From contig JABCSY010000021.1 of the NCBI GenBank assembly GCA_018238625.1, forward strand, positions 1 through 46,819: a stretch of 46,819 nt of DNA, in the 5' to 3' direction. This DNA comes from Promethearchaeota archaeon (GTDB lineage Archaea > Asgardarchaeota > Lokiarchaeia > Sigyniarchaeales > SOKP01). Both the position numbers and the translations under genes were made by a program. Positions 38,661-46,819 of the stretch are shown in pieces (position 1 is the stretch's first letter; each line of letters opens with the position of its first letter). The notes under the pieces were generated by a model. The model saw only the letters and a program-made list of their open reading frames with translations, searched no databases and was not told the origin of the DNA.

Positions 38661-40223
38661 TTAGAAGTTGTAAGTAATACTTTTTAAATCGTTAATTATT
38701 TTCTGCTTTGTATCAAGGTCTTCTATATCTGACAGTAAAACTTCGATAACATCTCTCAGTCCTATGATTTTGTCAACAAGTACTTCGGGTTTACTCCAAG
38801 GTGTAATCCTTAAAGGGTGGCTATAAATTAAACCGTTATTGTAATTTTCTATTGCTTCTCTATAAAAAAGGCAAGCGCTACCTATGTTTTTTATTTTTTT
38901 TTCGTATACTGACCCAATTTTATCAAAAGCCATTCCAGCTCCAGCAAAATCTTTAACTTCGATAAATTCTATAGCTGCATCTTCAATTTTTTTTAGACCG
39001 AATTCTAAAACATCTAAATCTCTTTCCTTTAAAAGTATGTAACCTATTATGTAATTTGCGATACCTTGATAAAAAGTTTGGTTGTTTATCTCTGCTACTT
39101 TATATAATTCTTCAGCAAATTCTCTAGCAAGCACTAGATGATTATTTGTAATACACACTCTCGATACTTTTCTTAACAAATCCAATAATCGATTCGTGTC
39201 ATTAATCTCTTTGTATTTCTCAATACCTTTTCGATATTTTTCTATGCCTGTAAACATATCTTTGTTTTCAAAAGCTCGATTTCCTTCGTAAATCAATTTT
39301 TCAGCAGATTCTTTTGCAATTGTACTACTCATACTTGTATCGTAATATATGTTATTAACATTAAATTGAACATCTTCCGATAATGGGATGTCTACAAGAT
39401 TCTTTTTAAATAAATCGTTGTTTGAGTTATCAAACACTTCGTCTATATCTCTATATCCTGATTCTAGTTTAGATTTTTCTTTATAAGCTTCTTGAAGTGG
39501 TTTTCCTGCAAAAGCTAAAGAAGATAACTCATTAAGAAGATTTGCAAAAAAGAATTTATTTAAACCTTTAACAATGTAATCCACTTTATGATAGTTATTT
39601 TCAAATTCAACCGAATTTGAATCAATTGTAATATCAGTTAATCTATAAATCTCAAATCCAGTATCGTATTTAGTTAATATATTATTATTTATATTTTCTT
39701 CTCTTTTTTTACCAAGAAGAGTATGATCAAATACTAGCCCAACGAAATCGTCATTGCTCTGTTGAAACCCTAACTGATTTATCAAGTCTACATAAGAAAA
39801 GAAGAGATTTAACCCTGGATGCGAGTGGAACCAACCAATCATGTAATAATCTTTCTTTTCCTCGTCATTATCTAATTTTCGCTGTATTTCATCAATAAAT
39901 CCATAATGTCTTTCGTCTAATTGAACATCTGTATCGTGACCAAACGTGAGAGCTTCTGCATGTTCTATATATACAAATTCATCGTCAGAATAACCAATTA
40001 AAATACCGTAGATTTCTTTCCAATCGCTTGAAGGAATTGCCTGATTTGCATATCTACTAGCGTATAAAATTATTGTTTTGTATGCTTCAGCCCTAAGAAT
40101 TACGGGTTTACCCGTTTTTTCTACCTCTATATGCTCTTTTACTTGTTCCTTGTTAATTTCTGGCTCGATTTGTTCGCTCTCCTCTTTTTTGTCATCATAG
40201 TTCTTATTAGGTCCTTCCGTCAT
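38661..40223 (-). CDS. MPN+/JAMM metalloisopeptidase (Rpn11/Csn5-like) with C-terminal TPR-like helices
   Basis: KEIYGILIG and GWFHSHPGLNLFFSYVDLINQ (intact E...HxH...S..D), GLVFD, and a helical-repeat C-terminal half. Confidence 0.9.
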   Translation of the reverse strand: MTEGPNKNYDDKKEESEQIEPEINKEQVKEHIEVEKTGKPVILRAEAYKTIILYASRYANQAIPSSDWKEIYGILIGYSDDEFVYIEHAEALTFGHDTDVQLDERHYGFIDEIQRKLDNDEEKKDYYMIGWFHSHPGLNLFFSYVDLINQLGFQQSNDDFVGLVFDHTLLGKKREENINNNILTKYDTGFEIYRLTDITIDSNSVEFENNYHKVDYIVKGLNKFFFANLLNELSSLAFAGKPLQEAYKEKSKLESGYRDIDEVFDNSNNDLFKKNLVDIPLSEDVQFNVNNIYYDTSMSSTIAKESAEKLIYEGNRAFENKDMFTGIEKYRKGIEKYKEINDTNRLLDLLRKVSRVCITNNHLVLAREFAEELYKVAEINNQTFYQGIANYIIGYILLKERDLDVLEFGLKKIEDAAIEFIEVKDFAGAGMAFDKIGSVYEKKIKNIGSACLFYREAIENYNNGLIYSHPLRITPWSKPEVLVDKIIGLRDVIEVLLSDIEDLDTKQKIINDLKSITYNF

Positions 40224-40356
40224 AGTTCCACTTTATTTAAACTTAGATTAGTGAATCCATATTTCTTTAAAATATTATAAAAGTGTTCTTAAATAAAATT
40301 ATGTCTTAGATAAAATTTAAGAAAAGAAATATAAAAAAAATAATTTTTAATATTAT

Positions 40357-41178
40357 TTAATACGATTTTTCTTTTTTCTTCTTTTTACTTGATCCGCCCC
40401 CTATCGAACTAAGACCTGAGAGGTCGCCACCTGCTCCACCACAGATAATTGCCAGCGCTATAATAATAAGTACAATAGCTACAAATACCATGGCTAAGAT
40501 TATAACCAAAAGCAACATTCCTATTATTTTATAAGCTACTAATAACCAAGGGATTTTATCTGCTTTTTTTACTGCTTTTGCTCCATAAAACATTACCGTC
40601 AAAACAACTACACAAATATAAGCAAATGTAATTGGAATTGTTAGTAAATAGTTTCCAATGCTAAAAATAATAATAAAAACAATTTCTACTATTAAAAATC
40701 CAAATATAAAAAGTCCAATATGAGCCCATATATATCCCTTAGCAAAATACCTGTCTCTTAAAGAAAGTGCCATTAAATAAACAATCAAATTCGCTCCAAC
40801 TGCTAATGAAACAAACATATGGACTTGAGGTAAATATTCAGTAAAAATAACTATTGGTATGCTAATAATTCCCGCAATAAAACAGAACAAGAAAAATATT
40901 AGGAGCCCGAGTAGAACCTTATTAGATTTCGCAACGAAGTACAATAATAAAAACAAGACCGCGTCAACAACTATCATTGAAATGTAAAATACTAGAAATG
41001 CTCCTGTGAGTTGGGCTTCAGAAAAAAAATAACTGAATACTATTTCACCTATTAACCAAATAATCGAACCAATTAGCAAGGTTGGAAGAATTTTTTCTAT
41101 AAAAACCTTACGTTGAGGGGGTTCGAGGATATATTTAGATTTTTTTTTAACTTTACCTTGTTTTTCTAAATTTGACAA
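40357..41178 (-). CDS. ~7-TM membrane protein, possibly Bax-inhibitor-1/YccA-like
   Basis: About seven hydrophobic segments with BI-1-like spacing, and a Gly/Ser then poly-Lys tail. The family call is tentative. Confidence 0.5.
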   Translation of the reverse strand: MSNLEKQGKVKKKSKYILEPPQRKVFIEKILPTLLIGSIIWLIGEIVFSYFFSEAQLTGAFLVFYISMIVVDAVLFLLLYFVAKSNKVLLGLLIFFLFCFIAGIISIPIVIFTEYLPQVHMFVSLAVGANLIVYLMALSLRDRYFAKGYIWAHIGLFIFGFLIVEIVFIIIFSIGNYLLTIPITFAYICVVVLTVMFYGAKAVKKADKIPWLLVAYKIIGMLLLVIILAMVFVAIVLIIIALAIICGGAGGDLSGLSSIGGGSSKKKKKEKSY

Positions 41179-41266
41179 TTTAAATTCACATTTATTGGAT
41201 TACTTAATTGATAATTATTATAATATCAAAATATGTTAAAAAAGATTTGGGATAAATTTTTGATCT

Positions 41267-42490
41267 CTATATAGCTCCCGTTTTTCTAAGTGCCTTAATT
41301 TCTTCTTCAGTGTAATTGAGCATTTGAAGAATTTCTTTGGTATTATGCCCCATTTTTGGAGCTAGGCTTCTTATAGATAAAGGCGTGCGAGAATATTTGA
41401 TTGGTGAAGCAATATTTTGGATGCTCCCAAATATGGGGTGTTCTATCTCAACAACCATGTTTCGCGCTTTAATTTGTGGGTCTTCGCAAGCTTCGCCAAA
41501 GTTTTTAACTGGCATAACGCACGAGTCTTTATTTGCGAAAATTTCCATCCATTCGTCTTGAGTTTTCTTTAAAAATTCTTTTTGAATTTCTTGAAATACT
41601 TTCTCTTTTTCTTCCCCTAGAGCATTCCCCTTCTGTATTAGATCTTCACGTCCAAGCCCCTCGCACACTCCACGCCAAAACTTTAATTCAATAGCGCCAA
41701 CGGATAAATATTTATTGTCTTTAGTCTTATAAATCGAATAGACTGGAACCTCACCGTGAAGAGGATTTACTGGATTAGTAGTTCCGTCATTTAAATTTTT
41801 AGAAAAGTGAAAGGCCGCCGCCATTGGCATGAAAGAAAAAACGCAATCCGTCATGGAAACATCTATATATTGGCCCTCTTTGGTAGGGTTCTTATTTCTT
41901 TCCATCAATGCCCCAAGGATACCTATCGTCGAAACTAACCCTCCACCAATATCTGCTGCTTGTACACCTGGAAGAAGGGGCTTTCTTTCTTGGTCTTTTT
42001 TTCCTAAAAATTCTCTTTCTTTATTTAGATCTAGCATACCACAAATACCAATATAATTCAAATCATGACCTGCTGTTTGTTCGTAAGGACCATATTGGCC
42101 GTATCCAGATAAAGAGCAATATATTATAGATTTATTTATTTTAAAAAGCGTTTCATAATCAATTTTTAATTTTTTCGTTACATTTGGTCGAAAAGTCTCT
42201 AATACTACATCAGCTTTTTCCACCAACTTATAAAATACCTCTAACGCTTTTTCTTTTTTTAAGTTTAGCGTAATAGATTTTTTATTTCTCATTAGTATCG
42301 AATTAAAAGCGCTTTCGCGGTACCTACCCTTCTGAAAAAAAGGTGGCGGACTACCGTAAAAATATCTCGGGTCCTCAACTCTAATAACTTCAGCTCCAAG
42401 ATCACCCAAGATCATTGAAGCGTAAGGACCGGGTAGCATCCTCGCTAAATCTATAACGACTATGCCTTCTAAGGGTAAGTGTAAACTCAT
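41267..42490 (-). CDS. Family III CoA-transferase (CaiB/BaiF)
   Basis: PLEGIVVIDL, LPGPYASMILGDLGAEVI, RNKKSITLNLK, SGYGQYGP, AGHD, AADIGGG. Confidence 0.95.
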   Translation of the reverse strand: MSLHLPLEGIVVIDLARMLPGPYASMILGDLGAEVIRVEDPRYFYGSPPPFFQKGRYRESAFNSILMRNKKSITLNLKKEKALEVFYKLVEKADVVLETFRPNVTKKLKIDYETLFKINKSIIYCSLSGYGQYGPYEQTAGHDLNYIGICGMLDLNKEREFLGKKDQERKPLLPGVQAADIGGGLVSTIGILGALMERNKNPTKEGQYIDVSMTDCVFSFMPMAAAFHFSKNLNDGTTNPVNPLHGEVPVYSIYKTKDNKYLSVGAIELKFWRGVCEGLGREDLIQKGNALGEEKEKVFQEIQKEFLKKTQDEWMEIFANKDSCVMPVKNFGEACEDPQIKARNMVVEIEHPIFGSIQNIASPIKYSRTPLSIRSLAPKMGHNTKEILQMLNYTEEEIKALRKTGAI

Positions 42491-42552
42491 AATATATAGA
42501 TTAAATCTTACTAAATATAAAAAAATTAAGAAAAATTGTAAATTTTTTTAGT

Positions 42553-43065
42553 TTATATTTCAATAATTTCAGCTTCTAAAGTTTCAGTGTTAACGATAGC
42601 AAAAGTAGGCTTATCCGTTAAATAGCCACAAACTTCGCCCGGGTTAACTACTAACACCCCGTTGTCATATTTTTTATTAACTGCTATATGTGTGTGGCCG
42701 GATAAGATTATATCAAACTTTTTTGAATTTGCTAAAGCTTCAATAGTTTCTTGTTTTGGCATATGAGAGACCCAAATGCGTTTTCCACCTAATTCTATTA
42801 TGTGTTCATTACCGTTTTGGGGAAAAACACATATTTGACCTAAATTTTGCGTCATATATAGGCGTTCTCCATCGTTGTTGCCGAATACGCCATAAAAATT
42901 CTTTTTAATCGAATCGTTGAGCTTATCAAACCAGAGTTTCACGAAAGGAGCGATAAAATCTCCGCAATGGATAAGCGCATCCACGCCTTTATCGTTGATT
43001 ATTGAAACTGCTTTTATTATATTGCTTTTATTATCATGTGAATCCGAGAAGACAGCTATTAGAAT
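42553..43065 (-). CDS. YfcE/MJ0936-like metallophosphoesterase; probable ATT start
   Basis: The track ORF (GTG 42984) lacks motif I. The frame extends to ATT 43065, giving (M)LIAVFSDSHDN...HCGD...GNND...SGHTH...NPG. Confidence 0.85.
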   Translation of the reverse strand: MLIAVFSDSHDNKSNIIKAVSIINDKGVDALIHCGDFIAPFVKLWFDKLNDSIKKNFYGVFGNNDGERLYMTQNLGQICVFPQNGNEHIIELGGKRIWVSHMPKQETIEALANSKKFDIILSGHTHIAVNKKYDNGVLVVNPGEVCGYLTDKPTFAIVNTETLEAEIIEI

Positions 43066-43214
43066 TTTAAAATCACTTTTTTTATTTTACTTCATAGATT
43101 TAAGAAATATTGGTAAGATAATAATAAAAATGTTGTTTAACAACACACAAAAAGATATATTATTATTAATTCTATATTAATACGAACTGTTTAAGAAAAT
43201 TTAGTGATTTTACA

Positions 43215-44291
43215 ATGATCGAAGAATTCCTAAAAGTAGAGAAAGCTGCCATTGATAAAGAATTAGAAGATTATTTTTCGTATTTGAACAATAATGAGAA
43301 CGAAATTCTGCTAAAAGATTTTTTTACACAACTTCAAGAATTTATTTTAAATAAAAAGGCGAAACGACTTCATCCCATTTTGTTAATCGCTTCGTTTATA
43401 GGTATTGTAAACCCTCTTTATTTGGATAATCAACTGGATAGCATTAGGAAAGTATCTCTGGCCGTAGAACTCTTGCATAGTGGTCATATAATACATGACG
43501 ACCTTATGGATGATGATCTCGAAAGAAGAGGTAACCCTACTTTTCATGTCCAACTTAAAAACGAATTAAATATGGTTTATAAGAACTTAGAGATTCCACA
43601 TAAAGACGAATTAATCAACAATTATGGCAGAGACATGAGCGTATTAGGTGGTACGCAAGGATATCTATTAGGTTTTGACATCATTAAAGCCTCAAAATTT
43701 CCCGAAAATTTAAAGCTATTAGCTCTAAATGAATACACTTCGGCAATGGATCATTTAATGAAAGGGCAAATAGTCGAAGAATATATGAGTTATCACAATA
43801 TAACTATGTCTTTAGAACAATATTTAAATATCGCAGAAATGCAAAGGGCTAGTTTATTGGAAAAATCAACGAAAATTGGAGCAATCTTAGCTAAAGGTAA
43901 TATTCATTATCAGATAAATCCGTTAAGTAAAGCAATGACCCTTATGGGCCAAGCCTTTGCGATTCGTGACGATATACTTGACATGCGGGACGATATTAAA
44001 TCAAGGAAAAAAAAGATCGTTTATATATTAGCCGTTCAAAATACGGATGAAGAACAATCAAAGATTTTGAATGAAATTTACCATAAAGAAGAAGAATTGA
44101 ACAAAAACGATGTCAAACAAGTAATGGATGTTTTCGCTGAAACAAACGCTATTATTATTGCAGAACACTTTTCTAAAAATTTAATTAGTCAAGCAAGCGG
44201 TTATCTAAAAAATGTCTATCCTGATCTAAATAAAGAGCAGAAAGTATTTTTTAATGAGTTCTCCGATTTTATTTATATGAGGACTTTTTAA
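43215..44291 (+). CDS. Polyprenyl (geranylgeranyl-type) diphosphate synthase
   Basis: AKRLHP, first Asp-rich motif IHDDLMDDDLERRG, KGQ, second motif IRDDILD. Confidence 0.9.
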   Translation: MIEEFLKVEKAAIDKELEDYFSYLNNNENEILLKDFFTQLQEFILNKKAKRLHPILLIASFIGIVNPLYLDNQLDSIRKVSLAVELLHSGHIIHDDLMDDDLERRGNPTFHVQLKNELNMVYKNLEIPHKDELINNYGRDMSVLGGTQGYLLGFDIIKASKFPENLKLLALNEYTSAMDHLMKGQIVEEYMSYHNITMSLEQYLNIAEMQRASLLEKSTKIGAILAKGNIHYQINPLSKAMTLMGQAFAIRDDILDMRDDIKSRKKKIVYILAVQNTDEEQSKILNEIYHKEEELNKNDVKQVMDVFAETNAIIIAEHFSKNLISQASGYLKNVYPDLNKEQKVFFNEFSDFIYMRTF

Positions 44292-44308
44292 TTTAATAAA
44301 AAATTTTC

Positions 44309-44920
44309 TTAAGACACGACATAAGAAGTATTGTTATGTCTTAATATCATATTATTTAACTCTTTAAATACTTCAAGCACGTTACAATTCTTTAAAGCTG
44401 AGGTTTTAAAAAATCCATCCAGTTCCTTTTCTTTAACAAAATCCTTTATAACTTCTTCTTGGATAATCTTATCTCTTGGGGATGAATCTAATAAATCACT
44501 TTTACTTCCTACTAATATCTTAGGGATTTTTAAGCCTTCAGCGTGTTCTAATAATTGGTCATACCAAAATTTTAATTGCTCAAACGATATGGGATTGATT
44601 AAGTCAAAAACTAATAGAGCCCCGTTAGCACCTCCTAAGAACTTAGGTATTAAGGGTTTAAAACGGTCTTGACCTCCAAAATCGAAAATAGAATTGATGA
44701 TAAATCCCGATTTTTTTGGAACGCTCTCTGCAACGTCTTTTTTATGAATTGGTAAATTTATTGAATGGAAGTTTAGACCTATTGTCATAGAAGAATCAAA
44801 ATTGAAAGAATTAAAACAAAATCGATTAAATAAACTAGTTTTCCCAACACTTGCCCCTCCAACGATAACAATTTTGCACGTATATAAGATTTCCTTCTTT
44901 TGGGTACTAGTACTTATCAA
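44309..44920 (-). CDS. Rab-like small GTPase
   Basis: G1 GGASVGKT, G2 MTIG, G3 DFGGQDRF, G4 variant SKSD, G5 TSAL. Confidence 0.9.
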   Translation of the reverse strand: MISTSTQKKEILYTCKIVIVGGASVGKTSLFNRFCFNSFNFDSSMTIGLNFHSINLPIHKKDVAESVPKKSGFIINSIFDFGGQDRFKPLIPKFLGGANGALLVFDLINPISFEQLKFWYDQLLEHAEGLKIPKILVGSKSDLLDSSPRDKIIQEEVIKDFVKEKELDGFFKTSALKNCNVLEVFKELNNMILRHNNTSYVVS

Positions 44921-45115
44921 TTTAAACCAAAAATCCTAATGTGATTAGATGTGATGAAACTTGTATAAAATTATTAATTATCTATTAAAAAAAAATTTTA
45001 TGAAATTGCCGTTAAAACATAAAGCTTAAATCTTTATTTAAAAAAGGCTTAAAATAACATAATAGCATTTGAATTTGCAATATTAAAATCTAAGATTAAT
45101 TAATGTAGAATTGTT

Positions 45116-46024
45116 ATGTTTTCTAAAGTCCCTCCGAGTCAAATAATTATAAGACCGCCAGTAGAAGCGAATAGCGTGCTCATCGCTGTAACAGGAGGCT
45201 GTAGTTGGAATCGTTGTCGCTTTTGTGGGACATATAAAGGTATTTACGGCAACATCCAAGATTATGCAATTAGACCATTAAAAGATGTTTTAAAGGAAAT
45301 TGATTACTACGCCGAGAAAAATTATCATAGATATCCCGTTTTTTTAGCTGGTGGAAATCCTACTTCAGCTCCCACTGATTATCTAGTTAAAATAATTAAA
45401 TATGTTCGATTAAGGCTTAAAAATGTTCCAAGAGTGAGTTCCTACGCTAAAGCCTTAGATATTTTGAGAAAGACAGACGAGGAGCTTAAACAATTGGCAG
45501 AGGCTGGATTAGATATCGTTTACATGGGATTAGAAAGTGGGAGCAGTAAAATCTTGAGAATGATGAAAAAAGGCACAAACGCAGAATCAATGATTAAAGC
45601 AGGAAGGAGAGTTTTAAATTCTGGAATTAAATTAAGTTTATATGTTATGCTTGGTTTGGGCGGAAAGAAGTACTCCGAAGATCACGTTAAAGGAACCGCT
45701 AGAGTTTTAACCGAAATTAACCCCACAATTTTTCGATTTAGAACGCTAAATATATTACCTAATACTCCGCTTTGGAAGGAGTGGAAAAACGGAGAATTTG
45801 AATTATTATCTCCCGTTGAATGTCTAAAAGAAGAAAGAGATATAATTGAAAACCTTGGAGAAAACGTTAATTCCCAAGTTTTTAACGATCATGTTAGCAA
45901 TTATTGCTCAATTGAAACTCCAAATATTAAGGAGGATCGAGAAATCTTTATAAAAACTATAGATTCGTTTATCAACGACCCAAGAATAAAAAACTTACCG
46001 AGGAAAAATCTAATTAGTATGTAA
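45116..46024 (+). CDS. Radical SAM protein (same family as 36883-37809)
   Basis: RPPVEANSVLIAVTGGCSWNRCRFC, YMGLESG, FNDHVSNY. Confidence 0.92.
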   Translation: MFSKVPPSQIIIRPPVEANSVLIAVTGGCSWNRCRFCGTYKGIYGNIQDYAIRPLKDVLKEIDYYAEKNYHRYPVFLAGGNPTSAPTDYLVKIIKYVRLRLKNVPRVSSYAKALDILRKTDEELKQLAEAGLDIVYMGLESGSSKILRMMKKGTNAESMIKAGRRVLNSGIKLSLYVMLGLGGKKYSEDHVKGTARVLTEINPTIFRFRTLNILPNTPLWKEWKNGEFELLSPVECLKEERDIIENLGENVNSQVFNDHVSNYCSIETPNIKEDREIFIKTIDSFINDPRIKNLPRKNLISM

Positions 46025-46173
46025 TTGGATAAAAACTTTTACCTCATTTTCAATAATTTAATTAATCATTTTTTCAGTTTTTTTTGTTCTTCGTTTAATA
46101 AGCCTTTGGACCCCCTAAAGTTTTAAATTGAATTAATTTATTATTATTAATAAATATAATTAAGGTAATCAAG

Positions 46174-46635
46174 TTGGGAAAAGACGATGTATCCATCCTC
46201 AGTGGAGACGACGAGTCCGACACTTTATGGACTTTACTCGAAATTATCGGGTTTGATTCTGAAGGATACGAGAATTTAATTGAAGATGATAACTTCAACC
46301 TCCTCACTGATGACCTTCCAGAACTGGTACCTACTAGAGAGGATTTAAACGCTCAGTTGTTGGACCCATATAGCGAACTAAACGTCCTTCTAAGTCGGTG
46401 CGAGATCGGATACCTTGATTTCCTTATCCTTGGGGTTTTCATTTTAAGGACGGGAGCAATCCTTCCTCCAGAATTAAAAGAGAAAATTCTTCTGACAGCA
46501 GCATGGGAAACTGATGAGTGGCGGTGGAAGGAGGAATTTAAAGAGGAGAGGAAGAAAGCGCTGCAATATTTTCGCTCCAAGATCGAGGACCATATAGATG
46601 GGAAAGTTTCTGTTTCTGATTCTGAATTTTATTAA
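46174..46635 (+). CDS. Hypothetical acidic protein
   Basis: 153-aa ORF with a TTG start, GC-richer than its flanks. No recognised motif. Confidence 0.65.
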   Translation: MGKDDVSILSGDDESDTLWTLLEIIGFDSEGYENLIEDDNFNLLTDDLPELVPTREDLNAQLLDPYSELNVLLSRCEIGYLDFLILGVFILRTGAILPPELKEKILLTAAWETDEWRWKEEFKEERKKALQYFRSKIEDHIDGKVSVSDSEFY

Positions 46636-46819
46636 CAATTCTCACATCTGGTTACGACACTTCAAGGAAGCGTTTATATGTTTAAAATATATATTTTACA
46701 TAATCTAATACCTAAAAACTTATAATCAGATCTTTATTAAAAATATTTAAATTTCAATATAAGAAATAATATTTATCAAATATATTATAAAAACAAATTT
46801 TTAACCTTGCAGAAAAATG

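Noticed and set aside
37022-46580. Antisense ORFs inside the radical SAM, Zn-finger, CoA-transferase, phosphoesterase, GTPase and terminal hypothetical genes
   Set aside because: They overlap better-supported genes and have no independent evidence.
1-46819. tRNA, rRNA or other structured RNA genes
   Set aside because: Intergenic regions are short and very AT-rich. I saw no cloverleaf or rRNA-like GC-rich segment, though a covariance search was not run.

Overview
AT-rich archaeal chromosomal window, most likely Asgard archaea (Lokiarchaeia-like). This assignment is inferred from archaeal RadA and Alba together with roadblock, longin-like, Rab-like GTPase and Rpn11-like JAMM genes. From left to right it holds an ISH3-like transposase cut by the window edge, a histidine-utilisation cluster (hutU-hutH-hutI plus formiminotransferase), a U32 protein, a lipid-linked glycosylation trio, housekeeping and metabolic genes, a 1893-aa receptor-like membrane protein, a SERCA-type ATPase, a membrane/coiled-coil operon and a JAMM/Zn-finger group. 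Two loci are mis-called by the ORF track. (1) A probable thioredoxin-fold selenoprotein at 32913-33227 has an in-frame TGA in a UxxC motif and a eukaryote-like AUGA-AAA-GA SECIS candidate just after its stop. (2) A gene at about 12411-13238 lacks an ATG/GTG/TTG start for its first ~100 codons and appears to fuse a PD-(D/E)XK nuclease to a dsRNA-binding domain. All calls come from reading motifs by eye; no searches or folding programs were run.
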